DNA from: a virus | Taxonomy: Duplodnaviria; Caudoviricetes | Length of the DNA: 64,000 nt | IMG/VR virus record: IMGVR_UViG_3300020577_014021 | Strand: one strand, 5' to 3' | In this document: positions 36,435 to 45,479 of the stretch, one piece after another | Numbering within the stretch: position 1 is the first letter of the stretch | Layout: the number at the start of each line of letters is the position of its first letter | Translations under genes and position numbers: made by a program | Notes under the pieces: model-generated | Database searches by the model: none | Seen by the model: the letters and a program-made list of their open reading frames with translations, nothing else | What the model was told of the DNA's origin: nothing

Positions 36435-36998
36435 TTAATTAAAAAAAGAATGACCAATACAAATAGCATCTGCCATATCATTATCTTTATGTTTCAAATT
36501 TAAAGAAAATGTATTATTAGCATAAGCTACAGCTAAATGTTTTGGAGTGACCCTACCAATTCTTTTTCCATTTTGCAATACATTTTTCTGACCATTTTGA
36601 TGTTGTTGCACAACAAATTTATTTTGTTTTTTTTGTTCTTTGGTTAATTGTAATTGCAATTTTTTACGCCATTTAAATGTATCTACATATTCAATTTTTT
36701 CAATTAAATTATTTTGAAAAAATTTATGCAAAATACCAAAATGCAACCATTCTAAAAATGTCTGATGAATTCTATTCCTACCTAAATTAGTCTGTTCAAT
36801 CACAAATTTATCAACAAAATTATATTGAGCACATACTTTTAAAATTTCATCTGCTGTTTTTATAGCCCAATCATAAATACCCCATGGATATTCATCTGAT
36901 TGATGTTTAATATTTAAAATTCCAAAACCTAGCAAATTTCCATCTTTAAATAAAGACCAACCTGTATGACTTGAAAGATCTAATCCCAAAACAATCAT
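36435..36998 (-). CDS. RuvC-like Holliday junction resolvase
   Basis: VLGLDLSSHTGW, FVIEQ, NDMADAICIG. Confidence 0.85.
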   Translation of the reverse strand: MIVLGLDLSSHTGWSLFKDGNLLGFGILNIKHQSDEYPWGIYDWAIKTADEILKVCAQYNFVDKFVIEQTNLGRNRIHQTFLEWLHFGILHKFFQNNLIEKIEYVDTFKWRKKLQLQLTKEQKKQNKFVVQQHQNGQKNVLQNGKRIGRVTPKHLAVAYANNTFSLNLKHKDNDMADAICIGHSFFN

Positions 36999-37876
36999 TA
37001 TTCCACATTTCTTTTACGATATTTTCTTTTAGGTTCAATACCCTGCTGGCTTTCTTCTTCAATTTTTGCATCAGACAAATTAGACATCATCACATTTAAC
37101 GAATTTTCATCTTGTGTATCAATTAAAAATGCATTACACATAAAAAACTTTTGATATTCATCAATTAAATATTTACTCAAAGCAGGAACCACTACTACAC
37201 AATTCAAATAAGACTCATCAGGAGTTTCTTTGGCTTGTTTAATATAATTAACTTTATTAAATAAGGCCTGCAAAAAATGGCCTTCTGGAATTTCATTTAT
37301 AGGATAAAGTTGACTTTCAATCATATATTCAATAGAATCAGTCAAACTTTTCAAATCTTGAATTGTATGAATACAATCCCTACGTAATTCAATTTTTGGT
37401 GTGGAGGAACTAATGACACCTATTTCTTCTTCAACATTATCCAAAATATCATTTAAAACAGCCATCAAATTAGCATTAAAGTGATCGCCCACTCTTACAG
37501 CAGGCATCAAAAAATTAGCAATTTTCAATGCCATATCTGTATGATGCATTAAAATACACTTTTTATCTTTAACTAATTCTTCCACTGTATTATTGCGATC
37601 AATTACTAAATACAATTTAGTTTTTTGTAGTAAAAGTTCTACGTACTCTTTTTCAAGTTTTTCTAAATCAATCTTAGCCTGATTTTTCTGCATTATCATG
37701 GAAGGCATATTTTTCTTAAAATGAGCAGAACGAATTTCCCATTGCTCATATTCTTGAGCTAGTTGTTCTTGCGTCATTTTAGAATTTTCTAATTTTGATT
37801 TAAAAACAGGCGTTTGACAATCTGTATTAATAATATATTCGCAATGTTCAATTTTTTTCCTAATAACATCTAACAT
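36998..37876 (-). CDS. Hypothetical protein
   Basis: 292 aa, N-terminal coiled coil; GAGG RBS. Confidence 0.7.
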   Translation of the reverse strand: MLDVIRKKIEHCEYIINTDCQTPVFKSKLENSKMTQEQLAQEYEQWEIRSAHFKKNMPSMIMQKNQAKIDLEKLEKEYVELLLQKTKLYLVIDRNNTVEELVKDKKCILMHHTDMALKIANFLMPAVRVGDHFNANLMAVLNDILDNVEEEIGVISSSTPKIELRRDCIHTIQDLKSLTDSIEYMIESQLYPINEIPEGHFLQALFNKVNYIKQAKETPDESYLNCVVVVPALSKYLIDEYQKFFMCNAFLIDTQDENSLNVMMSNLSDAKIEEESQQGIEPKRKYRKRNVE

Positions 37877-37888
37877 ACAAACCTCTAT

Positions 37889-38173
37889 TTAGTTAATTGA
37901 CAAATTTGACTTTAATTTATAAATGATGTTATTGTATATACTATCAAATTCATCCAAAGTCAATTTTAAAAATTGAGCTATAGTTTTATCTGTTAACTTA
38001 ATTTTCTCTTTTTTAAGTAATTTTTTTAAAGAAAAAGAATATTTCCTAGACCAAATAAAATCTGGATCAGTTAAAATTCTTTGTTTGATTTCTTTTTCAC
38101 TTAAACAAAAAACACATTTTTTATTTTTAACTAAATTAAAGTTTGTTTTAGAGGTTACTTTTTTATATGGCAT
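37889..38173 (-). CDS. Small sigma-region-4-like HTH protein
   Basis: LTDKTIAQFLKLTLDEFDSIYNNIIYKLK resembles sigma70 region 4.2; start MPYKK at 38173 follows the upstream stop (track start 38212). Confidence 0.5.
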   Translation of the reverse strand: MPYKKVTSKTNFNLVKNKKCVFCLSEKEIKQRILTDPDFIWSRKYSFSLKKLLKKEKIKLTDKTIAQFLKLTLDEFDSIYNNIIYKLKSNLSIN

Positions 38174-38174
38174 A

Positions 38175-38720
38175 TTAGGCAACAGGCACATCAACCCGAT
38201 CTGCAAGTTCATAAATTTCTAAAATATGAAAAGTATTATTAACCATTGTAGATTCTGTGTCAGAACCTACTTTATTCTCAATAACCACAGAAGAACCAAC
38301 TTTTTGCCCAATAAATTTATTTTTAAATTCTTCTTTAACTTCTGCCAAAGGCATAGAAATTTTTCTATTAATTTCTTTGCTATCCTGCCCATATTGCCTA
38401 CAAACAACTACGCTATTTCCAGTAGCTACATCAACAGATTTAAGAAATCCTTTTTCAACTTGTTGCTTCATGAAATGATCTAGTTGAGCAACCCTGATAT
38501 TAATCAAACAATCATAAATATTTTCCATGTTTAAAACACGTCCTTCTTCAATGGTTTTAAACAAAGCACTTAGGTTTTGAGCATTTTGCTCAACCGCAGA
38601 TCTTAAATTCTTAAAATCTTGAACCATTTGGCTAACAACAGTAGTCAAACGATCAATTTCAGAAATTTTGTTATTGGAATTGGAAAGAAGAACTTCGTCT
38701 AAATTAACTTGCTCAGACAT
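38175..38720 (-). CDS. Coiled-coil protein with GreA-C/FKBP-like C-terminal domain
   Basis: DVATGNSVVV...KISMP...FIGQKVGSSVVI...FHILEIYE. Confidence 0.45.
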   Translation of the reverse strand: MSEQVNLDEVLLSNSNNKISEIDRLTTVVSQMVQDFKNLRSAVEQNAQNLSALFKTIEEGRVLNMENIYDCLINIRVAQLDHFMKQQVEKGFLKSVDVATGNSVVVCRQYGQDSKEINRKISMPLAEVKEEFKNKFIGQKVGSSVVIENKVGSDTESTMVNNTFHILEIYELADRVDVPVA

Positions 38721-38807
38721 GAAATAAATTCCTTTATATGGGTTAAATAATACATAATTTATTATAAACCCATATAAAAGAAAGTAAACATTTTATATTA
38801 CTTTTTT

Positions 38808-39941
38808 TCAAAAAGGAATCTGATCATCATCTTTCATCATACTTTTCAATTCATCATTTGAAGGAACATAGCCAGGTGATGAATTGTTTTTAACAGCAGA
38901 AAATTGCTGATGCTCTTGATTAAAATCATTATTAACAGGAGCAGAATTGTTTTGTTTATTCTTCCTGTGAGGTGCATTTAAAACAGCACTAACGGCTTGA
39001 GGGGAACCATCAACGACAATTTTTTGATCATTTAAACTTAAAGTCAAATGATCAAACATAGTCAAAAGATTTTGGCACTTAACCAAAGCAAGCTTCTTTT
39101 GTTCTTTGGTCAAAGGAGCCTTCTTTATGCTTTTAAATCTTTTTCCTTCATGAAGAACTGCTTCTTCAACAACAGAAGTACGATATTTAATATCCATGAA
39201 AGTAGTGCCTGTACGTGTGATATTAAACCAAACACCTTCATTAGGAGAAAGTGGATCAATATTTTCATTGTTTTTCAATTCATGAAAAAGACCATTTTCA
39301 CGTCGACCTGTTTTAGATTTTTTACCAACTAGTTCTTCATAAACAGTTTTCTTTAAAGGTAAAATTCCAAAATTTCCAGCCTGATCCATTGCATTAACAT
39401 AAAATGCAGTATTCCTAGTTCTAACACGTTCTTTTAACTCAAAACGTTTAGCTTCTAAAGAATCAAGTTGGGCTTGCGCCTTTTCCATTTCATTTATTAA
39501 ACCTTGCTGATGCAAATTATCAACCATAGACTTTAGTTCTAAAAGTTTTTTCTCTATCAAATCAAGTTCTACTTTTTTATTTTCTTGATCTTGGCAAAAA
39601 AAACATTGTCCCATGTTGCCATTTTCATCATAACGTCTAGTACAAGTAAACTTATGTTTCTTGCCACGTGCATCAATAAAACCAAAATGATCTGAGTAAT
39701 ATACAGCCCAAGTACCTTTTTTTAAACCGTCAAACATTGGTGGCATAATACGATAAATATTATCACCACTTACCAGTTTAAAAAATGTTCTTTTTTCAAA
39801 CTGAGTCTGATTGTCAAGGTTTAAATTGCCAAACGAATCATCCAAATTATCATCTGAAGAAGCTTTAACAACTAAATTTTCATTTTCATCAACAACCATA
39901 TTGTCTTCTTCATGACCCATCTGACTATCAAGATTGTGCAT
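38808..39941 (-). CDS. ssDNA-binding protein (T4 gp32-like)
   Basis: FFKLVSGDNIYRIMPP, HFG...C...C..C, FYVNA, DPLSPNEGVWFNITRTG; acidic tail DDDQIPF. Confidence 0.75.
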   Translation of the reverse strand: MHNLDSQMGHEEDNMVVDENENLVVKASSDDNLDDSFGNLNLDNQTQFEKRTFFKLVSGDNIYRIMPPMFDGLKKGTWAVYYSDHFGFIDARGKKHKFTCTRRYDENGNMGQCFFCQDQENKKVELDLIEKKLLELKSMVDNLHQQGLINEMEKAQAQLDSLEAKRFELKERVRTRNTAFYVNAMDQAGNFGILPLKKTVYEELVGKKSKTGRRENGLFHELKNNENIDPLSPNEGVWFNITRTGTTFMDIKYRTSVVEEAVLHEGKRFKSIKKAPLTKEQKKLALVKCQNLLTMFDHLTLSLNDQKIVVDGSPQAVSAVLNAPHRKNKQNNSAPVNNDFNQEHQQFSAVKNNSSPGYVPSNDELKSMMKDDDQIPF

Positions 39942-39942
39942 G

Positions 39943-40284
39943 TTATTTCACCTCAATTAAAAATTTCTTTCGCAATCTCTGAATGGTCTTTATAGATATA
40001 CCTGAATGTGTAGCAACTTCTTTACTTGGTCGTTTTGACTTCAACATTGAAATAAAAGCAGAAGAACGCATTTTCAAGTTGTCAATCAATTGTTGAGACA
40101 AAACAACTTTTGGTTTTACTTCAGCCATCAATTTAGAAGGTTTGCTTTCTACACCAGATTTCAAGACATCACATTTTTTTTCAACAACAGAAGAACTTTT
40201 CATCACATTTTCCTTAACAGTATTTTTATTATATTTTTTATCTAAAGTTTCCATATCCAAAGCTACCAAATCAAACTTTCCCAT
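39943..40284 (-). CDS. HTH DNA-binding protein
   Basis: PSKEVATHSGISIKTIQRLRK. Confidence 0.65.
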   Translation of the reverse strand: MGKFDLVALDMETLDKKYNKNTVKENVMKSSSVVEKKCDVLKSGVESKPSKLMAEVKPKVVLSQQLIDNLKMRSSAFISMLKSKRPSKEVATHSGISIKTIQRLRKKFLIEVK

Positions 40285-40550
40285 TACTGGCCTCTGCTCT
40301 CCAAAATCTTTAGTACATAACGACGTTGTTCTTTGTTATATTTCAGAGCATCTCTGTACCCACCATTCAAATCAGCAAGTAATTCAATAGCTTCCTGCAA
40401 TTTAGCATCTTCATCTTTAGTATCTAAAATTTCACGTTCATTCTTAGCTAATACAATAATTTTTTCTTTCAACTCTTCAGTTGACATGGCCTGTACTGCA
40501 TCCATAAATTCACTACCTAAGATTTCTTTCTTTTTTCTACCTCTAGCCAT
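40284..40550 (-). CDS. Small coiled-coil protein
   Basis: AAGGA RBS; basic N-terminus MARGRKKK. Confidence 0.7.
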   Translation of the reverse strand: MARGRKKKEILGSEFMDAVQAMSTEELKEKIIVLAKNEREILDTKDEDAKLQEAIELLADLNGGYRDALKYNKEQRRYVLKILESRGQ

Positions 40551-40587
40551 ATTTTATCCTTTTCTTTATTTTATCTCAGTATTATAA

Positions 40588-42696
40588 CTAAAAATTAGTC
40601 ACAATCTCAGATTTGCCATTATTTTTAATAACTGTAATAATTTTATCAAAAGCTTCATTTAAATCATTTGTATGTTCAACTAAAATTATTAATTTATCTT
40701 GTGCAATTTTTTTTAAAAAATCTAATGATTCCATCTTTGAATGAATATCCATAGCATCAAAAGGTTCATCATATATCATCCACCCAAAAGATTTCCCAGA
40801 ACGCTGGGATAAAATTTGGCCTATAGCTACATCTATAGCTAGATTAATAGCACATCTCTCTCCACCTGACAACATTTTAAATGGTCTTTCTTGACCTTTT
40901 TGGAAAATTTTAAGCGTTATTCCACGTTTTACATTACCTTTTTGAGTAACTTTCTCAGTTTCAAATTCAATTCTAAAACTACTGGCATTAGGAATGTTTT
41001 TTAAAAAAACATTAGCCATCATACTAATACCCTGAAGCAATTCTTCAAAAATCAAGGAAAAAAAATTGTCTTTACCTAAACAATTAATTACTTCCATTTC
41101 AAAAATATTTTGCTTACCTAATTTACAAAGTTCATTTTGAACAAACAATAATTCATTTGCTTTGGTTTTAGATAACACAGAAGAAATTTGAGAATTAAGA
41201 TCTTGAATAATTTTATTATTACGTTCAAGCTTACTTTTATAATGTGCAATTTTATTATCAAGTTCTTGTTTTTCTAATTCTTTTTTATGTTGCAATTCAA
41301 TTGAAACATTTGCAATCATATGATCGATATCTTTTAATTTTCTTTGATGAAATGATTCAAGTTCTAAAACTTGTCTCTCCAAATTTCCTTTTTTAATTTC
41401 AAATTCAGAAAAAAGCTTTTCACGATTATTTTTAAATTCTTTTATTTTTAAATGTACATTTAAAAGAAATTCAAATCTTTTTTGTTTTTCTCTTAGTTCT
41501 AACAAAGACTTATCTTTGTTTTTTTTCTCATTGATAAGTTGTTCTAGATATACCTTATCCTTCTTTTGAATATCCCTAATTTTATCTTTAATCTGATTCA
41601 ATAATTCAGTATTTGCAACCCATTGTTGATTACATGTATAACAAATGTTACCAGTCAAAGATTGAAACTTATTTAATAATTCAGGCACTTGAGCTTTTTC
41701 TTTTTCAATAGTATCAATATTTTTTTGTAATTGATTAACTACAGAAGATATTATTTCGATTTCTTTAACAATAGATGTAATGGCCTGTTTTATCTCTTCA
41801 ATATTAGAATTTTTATTCTTGAAAATCTCTTCCAATTCTTTTGTTTGTTCTTCATTCATTTTCAACTGATGCAAAAATTCATTACTTGAATTTTCTTGAG
41901 TTATTTTCAGTTTTTCTTTTTTATTTTGATATTCATCAATTAATTTGTTTTTTTCAATTAACAAATTTTTTGTCATAGATTTAAACAAAACTGGATCTAC
42001 TAAACCAACGTCTATCTGACTTAGTTCTTCAATAGTTTTTTGTAACTGAACATTCTCAAGAGAATACATTACACTCTTATTTTTTAATTCTTCTTTACAA
42101 TCAAATAATACTTTGTTTTCTCTTTCATAATATTCAGCCAACATTTTTTTTTCATCAATTGTTTTATTAATATCTTTCAACCTTGATTGTGCCTCTGTCA
42201 AAATCTTTTCTAATTGAGAAAAATCCAACAATCCTGACAAAAATTCAGATTTATCAGTATTATTTAAAGATAAAAAATTACCAAAAACGCCCTGTGGACG
42301 ATAAGTCATAAAAGAAATCAATTCAGGTGTGTTTATTAAACGTTTCAAAAAATCTTTTGTTTGAGCAGATTTGTAAACAACCAAACCATCTCTTACTTCA
42401 TATAGCCCTGAACCTCTCGTAATAACATATTCTTGTCCGTCAACTTCAAACCACAAAACAACCTTGAAATCTTCTTCTGAAGACCAATTTTTAAGTTCTG
42501 TAGCTGGTGAATCACAATAATCAAAAGCATAAGCAATTGCTTCAAGCAAAGAAGATTTCCCAGCCCCATTTGAAGACGCTGTATTATTATTACAGCATCC
42601 TTTTAAAGACACAAGGCCATGTTCTGGAAAAACCAATTCATGTTCACCAGAAAAAGATAAAAAGTTTTTTATGTATATTTTTTTTAAAGTAAGCAT
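40588..42696 (-). CDS. Rad50/SbcC/gp46-like ATPase
   Basis: IKNFLSF, NGAGKSS, coiled coil with CYTC zinc hook, LSGGE, IYDEPF, VEH. Confidence 0.92.
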   Translation of the reverse strand: MLTLKKIYIKNFLSFSGEHELVFPEHGLVSLKGCCNNNTASSNGAGKSSLLEAIAYAFDYCDSPATELKNWSSEEDFKVVLWFEVDGQEYVITRGSGLYEVRDGLVVYKSAQTKDFLKRLINTPELISFMTYRPQGVFGNFLSLNNTDKSEFLSGLLDFSQLEKILTEAQSRLKDINKTIDEKKMLAEYYERENKVLFDCKEELKNKSVMYSLENVQLQKTIEELSQIDVGLVDPVLFKSMTKNLLIEKNKLIDEYQNKKEKLKITQENSSNEFLHQLKMNEEQTKELEEIFKNKNSNIEEIKQAITSIVKEIEIISSVVNQLQKNIDTIEKEKAQVPELLNKFQSLTGNICYTCNQQWVANTELLNQIKDKIRDIQKKDKVYLEQLINEKKNKDKSLLELREKQKRFEFLLNVHLKIKEFKNNREKLFSEFEIKKGNLERQVLELESFHQRKLKDIDHMIANVSIELQHKKELEKQELDNKIAHYKSKLERNNKIIQDLNSQISSVLSKTKANELLFVQNELCKLGKQNIFEMEVINCLGKDNFFSLIFEELLQGISMMANVFLKNIPNASSFRIEFETEKVTQKGNVKRGITLKIFQKGQERPFKMLSGGERCAINLAIDVAIGQILSQRSGKSFGWMIYDEPFDAMDIHSKMESLDFLKKIAQDKLIILVEHTNDLNEAFDKIITVIKNNGKSEIVTNF

Positions 42697-43064
42697 TAAT
42701 GTATCTCAATTTTATTTTTTTTAATAATTCTATTTAATTGTTCATCTCTATTTTGAACACTATAACACATAACATCATATATCAAATTATGATAAGAAGC
42801 AATTGAACGTAAAGATAAAGCCATGTTTTGTAAAAAACACATAGCTTTTTGTAAATCCGTTTTATTGGATTGTGATAAAACTAAACGATTACTTTTGATT
42901 AATAAAAATTTTTCGCCACCGTCTGAGATATAATACTGCATCTGAGTTGGTTCTTTTTCATCAATATAAAAATCATACACAATAAAATCATTACCAGGCA
43001 TACCCAATGATTTTTCATGTTCTGTAAATTGTACAATATCCCCACGAAAAAAATTATAACTCAT
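42696..43064 (-). CDS. Hypothetical protein
   Basis: 122 aa; coupled to the Rad50-like gene. Confidence 0.65.
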   Translation of the reverse strand: MSYNFFRGDIVQFTEHEKSLGMPGNDFIVYDFYIDEKEPTQMQYYISDGGEKFLLIKSNRLVLSQSNKTDLQKAMCFLQNMALSLRSIASYHNLIYDVMCYSVQNRDEQLNRIIKKNKIEIH

Positions 43065-43077
43065 ATAAACTATTATA

Positions 43078-43335
43078 CTATTTTAATTTTTTTCCTAATT
43101 TCATTTTACGACTTGCATCTTTTATCTCAATCACTTTCTTTTCATCATATTCAACAGCTTTTTCCATCTGACCATTATCAATAATTTGAACTGAATTAGT
43201 TGTTGGTCCATTCATCACACGCTTTAATGCACCATTACATACCTGACAAGCATAATGCCTTTGCATTTTTTCTTTAGGTGTAACTAATATTTTACTATCT
43301 TTAACACATGTATCACAAAAAAAATTTAAAATCAT
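43078..43335 (-). CDS. FmdB-like zinc-ribbon protein
   Basis: FFCDTC...CQVCNGALKRVM. Confidence 0.7.
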   Translation of the reverse strand: MILNFFCDTCVKDSKILVTPKEKMQRHYACQVCNGALKRVMNGPTTNSVQIIDNGQMEKAVEYDEKKVIEIKDASRKMKLGKKLK

Positions 43336-43355
43336 ATACTTAGCCTTTCACACCG

Positions 43356-43366
43356 AGATTAAGTTT
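43356..43366 (-). promoter_or_regulatory. Candidate late promoter AAACTTAATCT
   Basis: Exact copy overlapping the GroEL stop, 20 nt upstream of the next start. Confidence 0.45.
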
Positions 43367-45161
43367 GATAGGTAGTCAATTCGTATTTTAAATTTTCTTC
43401 TAATTCTTGCTGTTCTTTTTCTGCCTGTTTTATCTTATCTGTTTCATAATGATAATCTAATGCCTGGGTACGTTCTAAATCTTCATCACGGCCAAATACT
43501 ACCACACCACCTAAAGTACCAAGTAAAGACGAAATAGCAATAGCAGAACGTAAAGCTTCAGTAACAGCTGGTTGACTATCTAATAAACCAATTTCTAATG
43601 CATCACCAAATTGATTATTTAAAGCATCATATACCTGATCTGGATTTCTTAACAATTGCTCCATAATTGATTTAATTTCATTAATATTCATTCCACAATT
43701 CGTTAAAAGCCAAATAAGAGGTTCAAAAAGAGCAGAATAAAGAACTTCTTTTACAGTCAAACTATCACTTTGAAGTGCTTTTATAGACAAATCTAAAAGA
43801 ATCCTACAACCACCAGGAAGAACACCGTGTCTAATAGCTCCTCTAATAGCACATATTGCATCTTCTGCTCTATCCTTGGTTTCTCTTATTTGAGAATCAG
43901 AAACATCACGTATAGTCAATTTGGCAATACCACCACTTATTTTACCAATACGTACGTTCAAATCCTGTTCATCAATTTTAGAAGCAGCATGTTTAATACG
44001 TTCTCTTAGTTCTTCAACACGTCTAATCACAGATTCTTGGTTACCATCACCAATCATACAAGAACGAAAACGTTGCATTTCAAAAGCTTTAACTGGCTTA
44101 CCTAGATCTGATGGAACACCATTAGTCAAAATATCAGTCAAAGGATTAAAAATTTTCCCACCTGTAAAAGCAGAAAGGTCTTTAATAAACTCTGTCCTGG
44201 CATTTGCAATAATATCATTTGGTGTAGTACAACATACTATTTTAAACTGAGTTTTCTTGAAAACTTGTGCCAAATAAGCAAGAACTTCTGTTGAAAACTC
44301 ATGAGCAAAAACAACAAAATTTAAAGAAGAAATTTTCTTTTGTAAAAATTCCTGTTCAAATTGCTGTAAGAAAGTTGAAAGAATGGCTATGTCTAATAGC
44401 TTTCCATCATATAAAATAACAAAAGGATTTTCTAAAAAAATCCTACTTTGAGCTGGATCATTTAAAAATTCATTACAAAATCTACCTAAAACTTCTTCAT
44501 ACCCTTTTCCAATAGGCAAACCTTCAATTTTCGAAACTTCAAAACCTTTAGGACCATTGGCTTCATTAATGGTAATATGTCCTTCATCACCAATTTGTTC
44601 AAAGGCTTCTAGGATAGCTTTCGAAAGGTCTAAATCACCATTTGAAGAAATGTTAGCTACTTTTAAAAGAAGATCGTCTTTGTTTTCTATATTTACTTTA
44701 ATAGTTTTTGAATTTATATAAGACAAACATTCTTTACTAAAAAAACTTTGAATTTCTTTAAGACAAACCTGAGGACTAAGTTTTTTATTATTGTTCAAAA
44801 ACTCAGAAATATTCTTAAGAATAGCATAAGCAAGAACGGTTGCTGTTGTTGTACCATCACCAGCAAATTCAACAGTTTTAATTGCAGCATCTCTAAAAGC
44901 TTCCAAAATTGTTTGTTTAATTGGATCATTAAAACCTAAAGAACGAGCTACTGTGACGCCATCTTTTGATTGAAAAGGCATTAAACCAGGCTCTGAACGT
45001 TCAATTAAAACTGTTTTACCATTAGGTCCTAAGGTAGAACCTACAATTTTTGCTATGGTATTAACAGCTTGAAAAATTTTATTATTTAAAACTTCTGATT
45101 GTTCTAAAACAATTTTACCAGCACTTTTAATTTTCTTATGTTCTAAGTCAACGTAACTCAT
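43359..45161 (-). CDS. groEL: Phage chaperonin GroEL
   Basis: STLGPNG, KDGVTVA, AGDGTTTATVLA, ANISSNGD, KDRAEDAICA, GVLPGGC. Confidence 0.93.
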   Translation of the reverse strand: MSYVDLEHKKIKSAGKIVLEQSEVLNNKIFQAVNTIAKIVGSTLGPNGKTVLIERSEPGLMPFQSKDGVTVARSLGFNDPIKQTILEAFRDAAIKTVEFAGDGTTTATVLAYAILKNISEFLNNNKKLSPQVCLKEIQSFFSKECLSYINSKTIKVNIENKDDLLLKVANISSNGDLDLSKAILEAFEQIGDEGHITINEANGPKGFEVSKIEGLPIGKGYEEVLGRFCNEFLNDPAQSRIFLENPFVILYDGKLLDIAILSTFLQQFEQEFLQKKISSLNFVVFAHEFSTEVLAYLAQVFKKTQFKIVCCTTPNDIIANARTEFIKDLSAFTGGKIFNPLTDILTNGVPSDLGKPVKAFEMQRFRSCMIGDGNQESVIRRVEELRERIKHAASKIDEQDLNVRIGKISGGIAKLTIRDVSDSQIRETKDRAEDAICAIRGAIRHGVLPGGCRILLDLSIKALQSDSLTVKEVLYSALFEPLIWLLTNCGMNINEIKSIMEQLLRNPDQVYDALNNQFGDALEIGLLDSQPAVTEALRSAIAISSLLGTLGGVVVFGRDEDLERTQALDYHYETDKIKQAEKEQQELEENLKYELTTYQT

Positions 45162-45388
45162 ACATGGGTAGTATAAATCATTTTTTTTAAAAAAACAATA
45201 GATTTAATTTTCTTCTCATGTAAACAAAAAACTACACTCACATAAATATATATTCTAGTATTTATAAACTTGTATATATAATCTTTAATATATAATATTT
45301 AATAGATCTTACATGGATCGAGTTTTGTACCTTTTTATATCTGAAAGGCTATTTTTTTAAAATAAATCATTTTTTCAACAAGGTTTTC

Positions 45389-45416
45389 TTGACAAATTTT
45401 CTTATAAACGTATACT
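45389..45416 (+). promoter_or_regulatory. Sigma70-type promoter at the strand-divergence point
   Basis: TTGACA-16 nt-TATACT. Confidence 0.7.
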
Positions 45417-45424
45417 TATTGCAT

Positions 45425-45471
45425 GGCAATCAAGTTAATTCCCGGTAATTTGATTGCCTTTTACTTTTTTT
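45425..45471 (+). terminator. Intrinsic terminator-like hairpin directly after the promoter
   Basis: GGCAATCAAGTTA-ATTCCCGG-TAATTTGATTGCC followed by TTTTACTTTTTTT. Confidence 0.7.
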
Positions 45472-45479
45472 GAACCAAT

